45,550 nucleotides of DNA, taken from Candidatus Rokuibacteriota bacterium. GTDB lineage: Bacteria > Methylomirabilota > Methylomirabilia > Rokubacteriales > CSP1-6. Below, in pieces: positions 9,469 through 18,300 of this stretch; within the stretch, counting starts at the first letter, position 1; every line of letters starts with the position of its first letter. The stretch lies in NCBI GenBank assembly GCA_016184305.1, contig JACPCX010000117.1, positions 1 through 45,550 of the forward strand, in the 5' to 3' direction. The notes beneath the pieces are model-generated. The model was not told where the DNA came from, did no database searches, and was given only the letters and a program-made list of their open reading frames with translations. The translations under genes were made by a program, and so were the position numbers.

Positions 9469-10042
9469 GCCTCTCCTCTCCCTCCCCGAGCGCGTCGCTC
9501 AAGTCATCGATCACGGTGCGCAGGTAGGCCCGGGCGGCGAGCCGCTGCTTGAACCACTCGATCAGCGCCGTGCGGTCTCCCGGCCCGCCCACGACAGCGT
9601 CCCACTCAGCGGCCCGGGCCGCGATGGCGTCCTCCTCGGCGAGCTGACGGGCCCTGAGCCGCTCGCGCTCCTCGCTGAGCCTCTGGCGGGAGACCTCATC
9701 CAGCCCTCCAGCCTTCGCCTCCTGGAGGGCTTCCTGCACCTCCATGATCTCCTCGAGGAGGTCCACCGGCGCCCTGGGCCTCGCGTCCGCCCCTTCCCGG
9801 GTCTCGCCACCGTCCTCCAGCACGATGAGGTACTCGACCCGACTGACCGGATCCCGCAGCGCCCGGTAGGCGCGATTGAGGAGGGCGGAGGCGGACAGGG
9901 CCTTGGCCTGATCCTCCTCGGACGCGCCCTGGTGGAAGTCCGGATGGTGGACGCGCGAGAGCTCGTAGAACCGGCGGCGGAGCTCCTCCGGGTCCAGCTG
10001 GAGCTTCCGCGGAAGCCCGAACACCGCGAAGTAGTCGTTCAT
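9446..10042 (-). CDS. hscB: Co-chaperone HscB
   Basis: MNDYFAVFGLPR...HHPDF (J-domain HPD)...LNRAYRALRDP. Confidence 0.92.
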   Translation of the reverse strand: MNDYFAVFGLPRKLQLDPEELRRRFYELSRVHHPDFHQGASEEDQAKALSASALLNRAYRALRDPVSRVEYLIVLEDGGETREGADARPRAPVDLLEEIMEVQEALQEAKAGGLDEVSRQRLSEERERLRARQLAEEDAIAARAAEWDAVVGGPGDRTALIEWFKQRLAARAYLRTVIDDLSDALGEGEERHVSHRRH

Positions 10043-10050
10043 GTCCTCAC

Positions 10051-10081
10051 AAAATGAGAACGGGCCCGCCGGGGCCCGTTC
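10051..10081 (-). terminator. Intrinsic terminator-like hairpin between iscA and hscB
   Basis: GAACGGGCCC-cggc-GGGCCCGTTC followed by TCATTTT on the minus strand. Confidence 0.6.
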
Positions 10082-10140
10082 CTGTTCTCCTGCTGCTGCC
10101 GGTCGGTGTCGTGCCCGACGGTTACGACACGGCCGCGCCC

Positions 10141-10467
10141 CTACGCCGAGAACGACGTTCCGCAGCCGCAGCTCGACTTGGCGTTGGGGTTGACGAAGGT
10201 GAAGCCGCCGGTCAGCCCCTCGGTGACGTAGTCGAGCGTGATCCCATTCAGGTAGAGATAGCTCTTGGCGTCGCAGAGCACCTGGACCCCGTCGATGTCG
10301 AACGTCTTGTCGTGGGGTCCCACCTCCGTGTCGAACTCCAGCGAGTACGACAGTCCGGAGCACCCTCCGCCCTTGACGCCCACGCGCAGATAGACGTTCT
10401 CGAGCTGCTGCGCCTGCATGAGCTGCTTCACCTGCTTGGCCGCCTTCTCCGTCAGTGCCAGTGCCAT
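10141..10467 (-). CDS. iscA: A-type Fe-S carrier IscA
   Basis: GGGCSG and NPNAKSSCGCGTSF. Confidence 0.95.
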   Translation of the reverse strand: MALALTEKAAKQVKQLMQAQQLENVYLRVGVKGGGCSGLSYSLEFDTEVGPHDKTFDIDGVQVLCDAKSYLYLNGITLDYVTEGLTGGFTFVNPNAKSSCGCGTSFSA

Positions 10468-10507
10468 GGGAAATCGTGCCTCCTTGCGAGCGTGAATGCG
10501 TCCGGTG

Positions 10508-10924
10508 TCAGGACGCGCCGGTTCGGGCTTCGGCTGCCGCGTTCGCCCACTTCTCCTTGTAGTCCTGGAGCGCCGCCTTGATGGCGTCCTCGGCCAGGAC
10601 GGAGCAGTGGATCTTCACGGGCGGCAGCTTGAGCTCGTTGACGATGTCCGTGTTCTTGATCTTCGCGGCCTCCTCCACCGTGCGCCCCTTCAGCCACTCG
10701 GTGGCCAGGCTGGACGAGGCGATGGCGCTGCCGCACCCGAAGGTCTTGAACTTGGCGTCCTCGATGAGCCCCGTCTGCACGTTCACCTTGATCTGGAGCT
10801 TCATGACGTCGCCGCACTCCGGCGCCCCCACGAGCCCCGTCCCCACGCCAGGGGTGCCCTTGCCGAAGGACCCCACGTTCCGGGGGTTGCTGTAGTGGTC
10901 GATGACCTTATCGCTGTATGGCAT
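10508..10924 (-). CDS. iscU: Fe-S scaffold IscU
   Basis: GAPECGDVM, FGCGSAIASSS, LPPVKIHCS. Confidence 0.96.
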   Translation of the reverse strand: MPYSDKVIDHYSNPRNVGSFGKGTPGVGTGLVGAPECGDVMKLQIKVNVQTGLIEDAKFKTFGCGSAIASSSLATEWLKGRTVEEAAKIKNTDIVNELKLPPVKIHCSVLAEDAIKAALQDYKEKWANAAAEARTGAS

Positions 10925-10957
10925 GCCGATGTGCCTCCTGTGACGTCGGTGGCGCCC

Positions 10958-12184
10958 CTACTCCGCTTTCCAGTGCATGGACTTCAGGTTGATCCCTTCC
11001 TTCGCCATCTCGTAGAGCGGCGACATCTCCCGGAGCCGCTGGATCGCCTCGACGGCCCGCTGCGCCACGAAGTCCACCTCTTCCTCGCTGGTGAAGCGGT
11101 GGAGCCCGAAGCGGATCGAGGAGTGCGCCAGCTCGGCGTCCACCCCGAGGGCGGAGATGACGTACGAGGGCTCGAGCGTCGCCGAGGTGCAGGCGGAGCC
11201 CGAGGCCAGGGCCGCTTCCTTGTTGAGCCCCATCAGCACCGACTCGCCTTCCACATAGGAGAACGAGATGTTCAGGTTGTGCGGAAGCCGTTTCTCGGGG
11301 TGGCCGTTGAGGTACGCCTCCTCCACCTTGGAGAGGATCTGGTCCTGGAGACGGTCCCGGAGCGCCGTGAGCCGCTGGCTCTCCTCTGGCATGAGCTCCC
11401 GGCACAGCTCGGCCGCCCGGCCGAAGCCTACCGCGAGCGGCACCGGCACCGTGCCCGACCGCATGCCGCGCTCATGCCCGCCGCCGTCGATCATGGGAGA
11501 GATCCGGACCCTGGGGTTCTTCCGTCGGACGTACAGCGCCCCGATCCCCTTGGGGCCGTAGATCAGGTGCGCCGTGCAGGACAGAAGATCCACCCCTATC
11601 GCCTCCACGTCCACGGGGATCTTGCCGACCGCCTGGGTCGCATCGGTGTGGAAGACGATGCCCTTCTCCTTCGCCAGCCGGCCGATCTCGGCGATGGGCT
11701 GGATCGTGCCGATCTCGTTGTTGGCGAACATCACCGAGACCAGGATGGTCTTCGGGGTGAGCGCGCTCCGGATCGCCTCCACGTCCACGAGGCCGTCGGT
11801 GCCCACCTTGACGTAGGTGACCTCGAATCCCTGCCGCTCGAGCCGCTTGCAGACGTCCAGCCCGGCGCGCTGCTCGATCACGGTGGTGACGATGTGGTTG
11901 CCCTTCTCCCGGTACATCTCGGCCACGCCCTTGAGCGCCAGGTTGATCGACTCGGTGCCGCCGGAGGTGAAGACGAGCTCCTTCGGATCCCGGGCCCCGA
12001 TGAGCCTGGCGATCTGCTCCCGGGCCCGGTCCAGCCCGGCCTCCGCTTCCCAGCCGAACGGGTGGTTCCGGCTCGCCGGGTGGCCGAACTTCTCGGTGAA
12101 GTAGGGGATCATCGCGTCCAGCACGCGGGGATCCACCGGAGTCGTGGACTGGCTGTCCATGAAGATCGGCAGCTTCGGCGTCAT
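10958..12184 (-). CDS. iscS: Cysteine desulfurase IscS (PLP-lysine position appears substituted)
   Basis: FTSGGTESIN, RSGT, ASGSACTSATLEPSYV, LREMSPLYEM; start 12184 or 12193. Confidence 0.9.
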   Translation of the reverse strand: MTPKLPIFMDSQSTTPVDPRVLDAMIPYFTEKFGHPASRNHPFGWEAEAGLDRAREQIARLIGARDPKELVFTSGGTESINLALKGVAEMYREKGNHIVTTVIEQRAGLDVCKRLERQGFEVTYVKVGTDGLVDVEAIRSALTPKTILVSVMFANNEIGTIQPIAEIGRLAKEKGIVFHTDATQAVGKIPVDVEAIGVDLLSCTAHLIYGPKGIGALYVRRKNPRVRISPMIDGGGHERGMRSGTVPVPLAVGFGRAAELCRELMPEESQRLTALRDRLQDQILSKVEEAYLNGHPEKRLPHNLNISFSYVEGESVLMGLNKEAALASGSACTSATLEPSYVISALGVDAELAHSSIRFGLHRFTSEEEVDFVAQRAVEAIQRLREMSPLYEMAKEGINLKSMHWKAE

Positions 12185-12205
12185 CGGAGTCATCTCCTGT
12201 CTCGT

Positions 12206-12643
12206 CTATGTCGTCGTGCTCAGCGCAGCGACCGGAAGGATCGGATCGGCGCCCAGCTCGGCGAGCGTCATGGTGTCCAGGAGGTGGCTGATGCTCGCCT
12301 GGATCTTCTCCACAGGGCGTCGCAGGTTGCAGCGCACGTACTGCGGGCAATCATCCGCCGTCACGCAACCGACGATCTCGACCGGCCCCTCGAGAGCCCT
12401 GATCACCTGCCCGACCGTGATGTGGTTCGGGTCCCGGCCCAGCAGATAGCCCCCCTTGGGGCCGTTGTGGCTCACGATCAGCTTCCGCTTCGCCAGGCGC
12501 TGGAGGATCTTGGCCAGGAGCTCGGGTGGAATCTTGAACTCCTCGGCGATCCGCTTGGTGCTGACGGCTTCCTCATCGGCCCGGGCGGCGATGTAGTGGA
12601 TGGCCATCAGCCCGTAATCCGCCTTCTTGGTGAAGCGAAGCAT
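12206..12643 (-). CDS. iscR: Rrf2-family regulator IscR
   Basis: GPKGGY wing; C-x5-C-x5-C; first gene of the isc operon. Confidence 0.88.
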   Translation of the reverse strand: MLRFTKKADYGLMAIHYIAARADEEAVSTKRIAEEFKIPPELLAKILQRLAKRKLIVSHNGPKGGYLLGRDPNHITVGQVIRALEGPVEIVGCVTADDCPQYVRCNLRRPVEKIQASISHLLDTMTLAELGADPILPVAALSTTT

Positions 12644-12666
12644 GTTCTCTCCTGCCCTCTGTCAGT

Positions 12667-12731
12667 ATCCGACCTTTTAGATCCCCGACTCTTCTAGTCG
12701 GATTCTCCCGCGCTCATGGGCCCCCTGTCAA
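12667..12731 (-). promoter_or_regulatory. iscR promoter with IscR type-1-like operator
   Basis: TTGACA(12726-12731)-18 bp-GAGAAT; palindrome CCGACT-cttct-AGTCGG (GACT-N5-AGTC) plus an adjacent imperfect CCGACC-tttta-GATC site. Confidence 0.7.
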
Positions 12732-12758
12732 GCCTCATCTTTCCGGCTGGTTGCCGGG

Positions 12759-13745
12759 TTAACTCCATGCCTCCCTGAGACGCCGGGCGGCCTCCTCGGG
12801 GGGGGTTTCGTTGACGTAGATTCCCCCCACTCGGGTCAGCCGTTCGGGCTGCGGGGTCACCTCGATATGCCAGTGGTAGTCATCGGCCACCGTCGCCCAC
12901 TCCCCCGGCAGCACCTTGGCGTTCCGGTTGGGGGCGGTGTTGAGGGTCATCTCGAAGGACGGGTCCCCGAGCACCCGTGCGAGCGTCCGGAAGTAGCCCC
13001 CCAGCAGCGAAGCCAGGTCAGCGACGCTCTCGGGCATCAGGGCCTCCTCATAGGAGCAGGCGTGCTGGCGCGGCAGGATCCACGCCTCGTGGGGGGCGCG
13101 GGCCGCGTAAGGCACCAGCGCCACGAAGTGGGGCGTCTCCCAGATCACGCGAGCTTCGTCGGCGGTCTCCTGGCGAATGATGTCGCAGTAGACGCACCGC
13201 CGCTTGTACTGGAAGTACTCGCGGGCCTCGGTGAGCTTGCGCCGGACCTCGTCGAAGATGATCGGGATGGCGATCAAGCGGGAATACGGATGGGTGATGC
13301 GGGAGCCGGGCTGCCGGTGGCGCCTGGTGATGAGGATGTCACGGATGGCGAGGTCCCGCTTGAGATCCCGGATCCGCTCCGCATACATCCAGAGAACCTG
13401 CTCCCACTGCGCCCTGGGCATGGTGGCAGGCGTGTCCTCGTGGCGCGGGCTCTCGACGATCAGCTCCGTGGCGCCGCGTGGGGAGATCTTGTCGTACATG
13501 CCGACGCCTTCGCGCGCCAGGTCGAGCTCGATGCGGAAGTACGGGTCGGCCTCGGGTATCACGCGCACCGACCAGCCCAGGCCGTCCGAGGCTCCGTCGT
13601 CCTTGCGGTAGGCGCTGATCTCGGGCGGCGTCAGCCCCTCGTTCCCGGGACAGAAGGGGCATGCCTGACCGACGGGTGGAGAGCCGCCCGAAGGACGCAC
13701 GAGCACCCACTGCCCGCGAGTCGGATCCTTCCTCAAATCGCTCAT
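12759..13745 (-). CDS. GalT-like (HIT superfamily) protein with degenerate active site
   Basis: MSDLRKDP, CPFCPGNE, VRVIP, ELIVESPRH, CVYCD, YHWHIE; the HPHxQ motif reads HPYSR. Confidence 0.85.
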   Translation of the reverse strand: MSDLRKDPTRGQWVLVRPSGGSPPVGQACPFCPGNEGLTPPEISAYRKDDGASDGLGWSVRVIPEADPYFRIELDLAREGVGMYDKISPRGATELIVESPRHEDTPATMPRAQWEQVLWMYAERIRDLKRDLAIRDILITRRHRQPGSRITHPYSRLIAIPIIFDEVRRKLTEAREYFQYKRRCVYCDIIRQETADEARVIWETPHFVALVPYAARAPHEAWILPRQHACSYEEALMPESVADLASLLGGYFRTLARVLGDPSFEMTLNTAPNRNAKVLPGEWATVADDYHWHIEVTPQPERLTRVGGIYVNETPPEEAARRLREAWS

Positions 13746-13755
13746 GACCTCCGCC

Positions 13756-13784
13756 ACCTTAGAGAACCCCCACCGGCAAGTCAA
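13756..13784 (-). promoter_or_regulatory. sigma70 promoter of the galT-like gene
   Basis: TTGACT-17 bp-TAAGGT. Confidence 0.55.
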
Positions 13785-13859
13785 GGATGCGGACGTCCAA
13801 ACGGGATCCGCCGAAGCCCAAGCCGGTTTCCATGTATCTTAAGAGCCGAGGAGGAGCCA

Positions 13860-14099
13860 ATGGCCGACCCTGCCGTGGTGGTGTACTCGAGCCCGACCTG
13901 AGTCCCCTGCCGTCAGGCGAAAGAGTTTCTTTCGTCTCAGGGCGTGGCGTTCCGGGATGTCAACGTGATGGAGGACGCGGACGCGCGGCAGGACCTGATC
14001 CGGCTCACGGGACAGATGGCCGTGCCGGTGATCCTGGTGGGAGAGCAGGTGGTGCGCGGCTTCGACAAGCCGCGGCTCAGGGCGCTCCTCGGGATCTAG
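13860..14099 (+). CDS. Glutaredoxin/NrdH-like selenoprotein (UxxC), missed by the ORF track
   Basis: GAGGAG RBS; MADPAVVVYSSPT-U(TGA 13899-13901)-VPCRQAKEFLSSQGVAFRDVNVMEDADARQDLIRLTGQMAVPVILVGEQVVRGFDKPRLRALLGI*; SECIS-like hairpin downstream. Confidence 0.9.
13905..13942 (+). promoter_or_regulatory. Candidate bacterial SECIS of the glutaredoxin
   Basis: Upper stem AGGCGAAAGA/UCUUUCGUCU with GUU loop 23 nt after UGA; lower stem CCCUG/CAGGG. Confidence 0.75.
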
Positions 14100-14106
14100 C
14101 GCTCGC

Positions 14107-15359
14107 TCAGTTGCCCTTCTCGTCGCCTCGCGGGCATCCACCTTCTCGTAGACCAGCGCGAGGTTGTAGAGGGCCCCCGTGTGGCGGGCGTCCTGCTCCA
14201 CCACCTTGCGGTACTCGGTGATGGCGTCCTGGTAGAGGCCCTTGTCCTCGTACACCTCGGCCAGCCCCATCCGCGCGTCGACGTAGCCCGGGTCGAGCTC
14301 GATGGCCTTCTTGTAGGCGGTCACCGACTCGTAGTAGAGCCCCTTCTCGGCGTAGTAGATCTTCCCCAGGCTCACGTGCACCTTGGGATTCAGCGGGTTG
14401 TGCTGAAGCGCCTTCTGATACGCGCTCACCGCGCCGTCCACGTCCGCCTTCGCCGCCCGCGCGTCGCCGAGGCCCACGTGGGCCTCGGCGAAGAACGGGC
14501 GCAGCTCGATGGCCTTGGCATAGGCCTCCACCGCCTGATCGAAGAGCCGCCGCGGGGCCGTCAGGAAGAGATCGCCCAGCGACTTGAAGGGCTCGGGGAA
14601 GGTCGGGTCCTGCTGGGTCGAGGCCCGGAACTGCGCGGCGGCCTTCCAGCGATTGCCGAGGGCCTGGTGGACCAGGCCCAGCGAGTACTGGGCCACCACG
14701 AACTGGGCATCGGTCTCGAGGGCACGGGCCAGGAGCTCGACGGCTGCTTCGTTGCCCTCCTGGGTGGCGCGGGCCGCGGCCAGCTGCGCCCGCACATACG
14801 CCTCCCAGGCGCGCGGGGAGGCGGTGGGAGCCGCGGTCTTCTGCAGGCGCGCCGCCTCGGCATCGGTCACCGGAACCTTGAGGGCCCGCGCATAGGCGAG
14901 CGGCAGGGCACGGAGCCGATCGGGCAGCATCCCCTCGGCCACGGGCTGCGCCTCCAGCGCCAACCGCTCGGCCCTTTCCCCCCTCAGCTCGATGAGTCGC
15001 GGTTGGATGGAGAGGTCACCGGACACGCGGCGCACCTCGCCATACAGCGTCACGTCGGCGCGAAGGGTGCGCGCCGCCAGGAGCGCCGCCTGCTCGTCCC
15101 AGGCCTCCGGCTGCGGGAGCTGTCGGAGGCGCTGCCTGTCGATCTGGACGAGGGCCGGGAGGGTGACCAGCGCCAGGCTCAGCGACTGGGCCACGCTCTC
15201 CCCCAGCCACTGCTCCTCCCGCCCCAGATCCACCGCGACGAACGGAAGGATGAGGACGGTGCGCGACTTGGCCAGCGCCGGGGCGGCGCCCGCCAGCAGC
15301 ATCGCCGCCACTGCCACTGCGAGGATGCCCGCGCTAGACCGCATCTCGTGGGCTTGCAT
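14107..15359 (-). CDS. TPR-repeat protein with N-terminal TolB_N/CsgG-like region; 3' end apparently frameshifted
   Basis: Signal peptide; several TPRs (AVEAYAKAIELRP, AYQKALQHNP, AYKKAIELDP); probable native end ...DEKGN-TGA (14107-14109) is out of frame, so the ORF reads on to 13839. Confidence 0.75.
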
Positions 15360-18300
15360 GTCCCGGCCCTCCTCGCCCCAGACCCCTGAGGCGAGCGAGA
15401 GCGCGGACCAGGAGGCCCGGCCCCACCCGCCTCAGGGCGATCTCGGGAATGAGCATCACGGCCACCAGTCCCACCAGCCAGGGCCACAGGTCCAGCGTCA
15501 GGCGCGAGCGACGCCGCTGCTGGGCGAAGGCGTCGCGCGGCTGGGCCAGTGCGCTGCCGCCGGTAATCTCCGACAGCTCCCGGAGCATGGTCTCATCCAC
15601 CCCGAGGTCCCTGAACTCCTGCGCATACGGTACCACCAGCCCCGCGAGCTGCGAGCCGACCATCTGCTCCCCGCGGCGCTGCGCCATGCCCACGAGGTAC
15701 ACGCCCTCCTGAGACGCCGGGAAGCGACCACGGTAACGCCCAGGCCCCACCTGCTCGAGCTCCACCACGGTGCGCTGCCTGTCGGGCGACACCACGCCCA
15801 CCTGGGAGTCCAGGAAGTTGATGAACTCGCCCTTCGGGTCGACGGCGTCCACCACCACCTCGCCCCGCTCGTCCATCCGCGCCACCGACGCCACCGTGTC
15901 GCTGCGCGTTCCCGAGCGTAGCGTCCAGCGGGTGAGCTGGGCCCAGAACTTGTTGAAGCCTGACCACCTGAGCCAGAGCACCCCCCACTTGGCCTTGGCA
16001 TCCGAGGTGAAGGCCACGGTCCGCCCGAGCCCGTAGCGCCACGTGGCCAGGAGCGGGTCTTCCTGGTGGGTCATGAGCACCATCTCGGCGGTGCCCTTCA
16101 GCGTCGTCGCCACGTAGCCGCCGAGCGGAGGCGCCTCCTTCCAGTTGATGTCCTGGATGGCCTCGTGCGCCGGGCTCGCCAGCGTGGCCCTGAAGGGCTG
16201 CTCGACCAGCGACGACTTGGAAGCGAGCTGGGTCTCGAGGGTGAAGATGCGCGGGATCGTCGCGTCGTCCTCCGTGTAGTAGAAGCGCCCGCGCCCCCAC
16301 TTGGCGATGTCGAACATCAGCTGCACGTCGGCATCCTTGCCGATGGCGACCGTGGACACCGTGATCTTGTCCTTGGCCATGCGACGGATGAGCCCGGCAA
16401 AGTCGCCGCGCGTCATCTGGCCGTCGGAGAGGAAGATCACGTGCTTGAGGAGCGCCGACCGGTCGAAGAGCACCTGGTAGGACTCCTTGAGCGCGGGATA
16501 GCCGTCCGTCCCGCCGCCGGCCTTGATGGTCGCGATGGCGTTGTGGATCGCCTGCTTGTCCCGGGCCGGGCGCATGGGCGAGTCCCAGACGAACTCGGTG
16601 TCCCAGCTCATGATCCCGACCTCGTTGCGCTCGTCCAGCAGGTCTGCCACCAGGTGCGCGGCCTCCTTGGCGATGTCGAGCTTGGTGACCTTGCTGTCGG
16701 TGGTCATGGCCATCGAACCGGAGCGGTCGATGGAGAGCACCACCGCGAGGCTCGGGATCTCGATCTTCTGCTTCACCTCCATGGTCACCGGCAGCGCTTC
16801 CTCGATGGGCGTGCGGTAGTAGCCGCCGAGCCCGAAGCTCTCCTCGCCTCCGAGCATCATCAGCCCGCCACCCTGGTCACGAACGTAGTCGCGGATGCTC
16901 TCCATCTGCTTCTTGGCGAGCTTGAGGGAGGAGACATTGGAGAGGATCACCCCGTCGTACTTCTGCAAGGCCGCCACGTCCTTGGGGATGCGATCCGGCT
17001 CCACCAGCTCCACGTCCACGTGCTGGGCACGCAGAGCGGCAGCCAGGGCCTGCGCCTGGCTCCGGTCCTTCTCCGCCATCAGCACGAGCGGGCGGCCGCG
17101 CACCACGATGGTGCCCACGGCTCGGTTGTTCTCCTCGATCGTGTCACCTTCCACCTCGATGGCGGCCTGGTACACGTGGATCCCGCTGTGCTCCAGGGAC
17201 TGCCGGTACGTGTACACATTCTTGCCGGCCGAGAGACGGACCACCTGCGAGCCCAGGAACTCCCCGTTGCGGAACAGTGACAGCCGCCCCTGAGTGTCGG
17301 CCTGGCTCCAGGTGACGACCTTCGCCTGGAAGGGTTCCCCGAACTTCACCTCCTGCGGCAGCACCATGGACTCGACCACGACCTCCTGCGAGAAGGTCAA
17401 CGGGGCCGGCACATAGTAGACGTCGGCGCCGGCATCCTTGGCCGCCTGGGCCACCGCGAGCGCGTTGCCCGCGTTCTGCCGCCCGTCGGTGAGGAGGACA
17501 AAGCGGTTCGCCTGGCCCGGTGGGGCCGTGGCGAGCGCGAGCTGCAGCGCCTGCGCCAGGTTGGTGCCCCGGCCCGGCACGCGCACCTGGGGCCGCTCCA
17601 GCTTGTAGGAGGCGCGCAGCGGCTGATCCACCACGGCCTCCTCCCCGAAGACGATGAGCCCGGTCTGGTCCCTCTGCTGCATGGCGGTGGCGGCCTGGGC
17701 GGCGAAGCGATAGGCCTTCTCGCGGGCGGCGAGGCTCACGCTGTCGGAGACGTCCAGGAGGAAGAGCACGTTCAGCTGGTCCACCCACCGTGGGATGACG
17801 GGCCGTGCCAGCGCCAGGAGCAGGACGGCCATGAGCACGCAGCGCAGGCCGAGAGCCCAGCGGTCCCCGACGCCGTGCGGGAGACGGAGCCTGCCGGCCG
17901 TCTGGCGGCGCCAGTACAGGACGCCCTCGGCCGCGAACAGCAGGAGGGCCAGCAGCACGAAGTACGGCCACAGCTCCCGCACGACGGGAACCGGAGCCGT
18001 TTCGGGACGGGCTCCCTCGACGAAGGCCGGTACCGGCTTGGGCGCGAGGTCGGACTCCTCGGCGTTCATCAGATTGACGGCGACCCGCGTCTCCCCCCGC
18101 GAGGTCACCACGCGGTAGACGCCCACCTCGTCCGTCTCCGTGAAGCTCGCGACGCCCCGGGTGACCTGCGCCTGGCTGCTCCGCCCCGAGGGGGTCATGA
18201 CCGTGGCGGTAGTGACGCCGTGCTCCACGGGCAAGAGGATCGGCTGACCGGCCTGGAGCTGCAGGCTCGACTGGTCGAGTCCGGCCGGGTGCAGCCAGCG

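Noticed and set aside
10496..12697. Long plus-strand ORFs (also 17875-19803, 20746-23133, 28071-30143, 31135-33483, 36083-37882)
   Set aside because: Antisense shadows of clear minus-strand genes in high-GC DNA; no recognisable motifs
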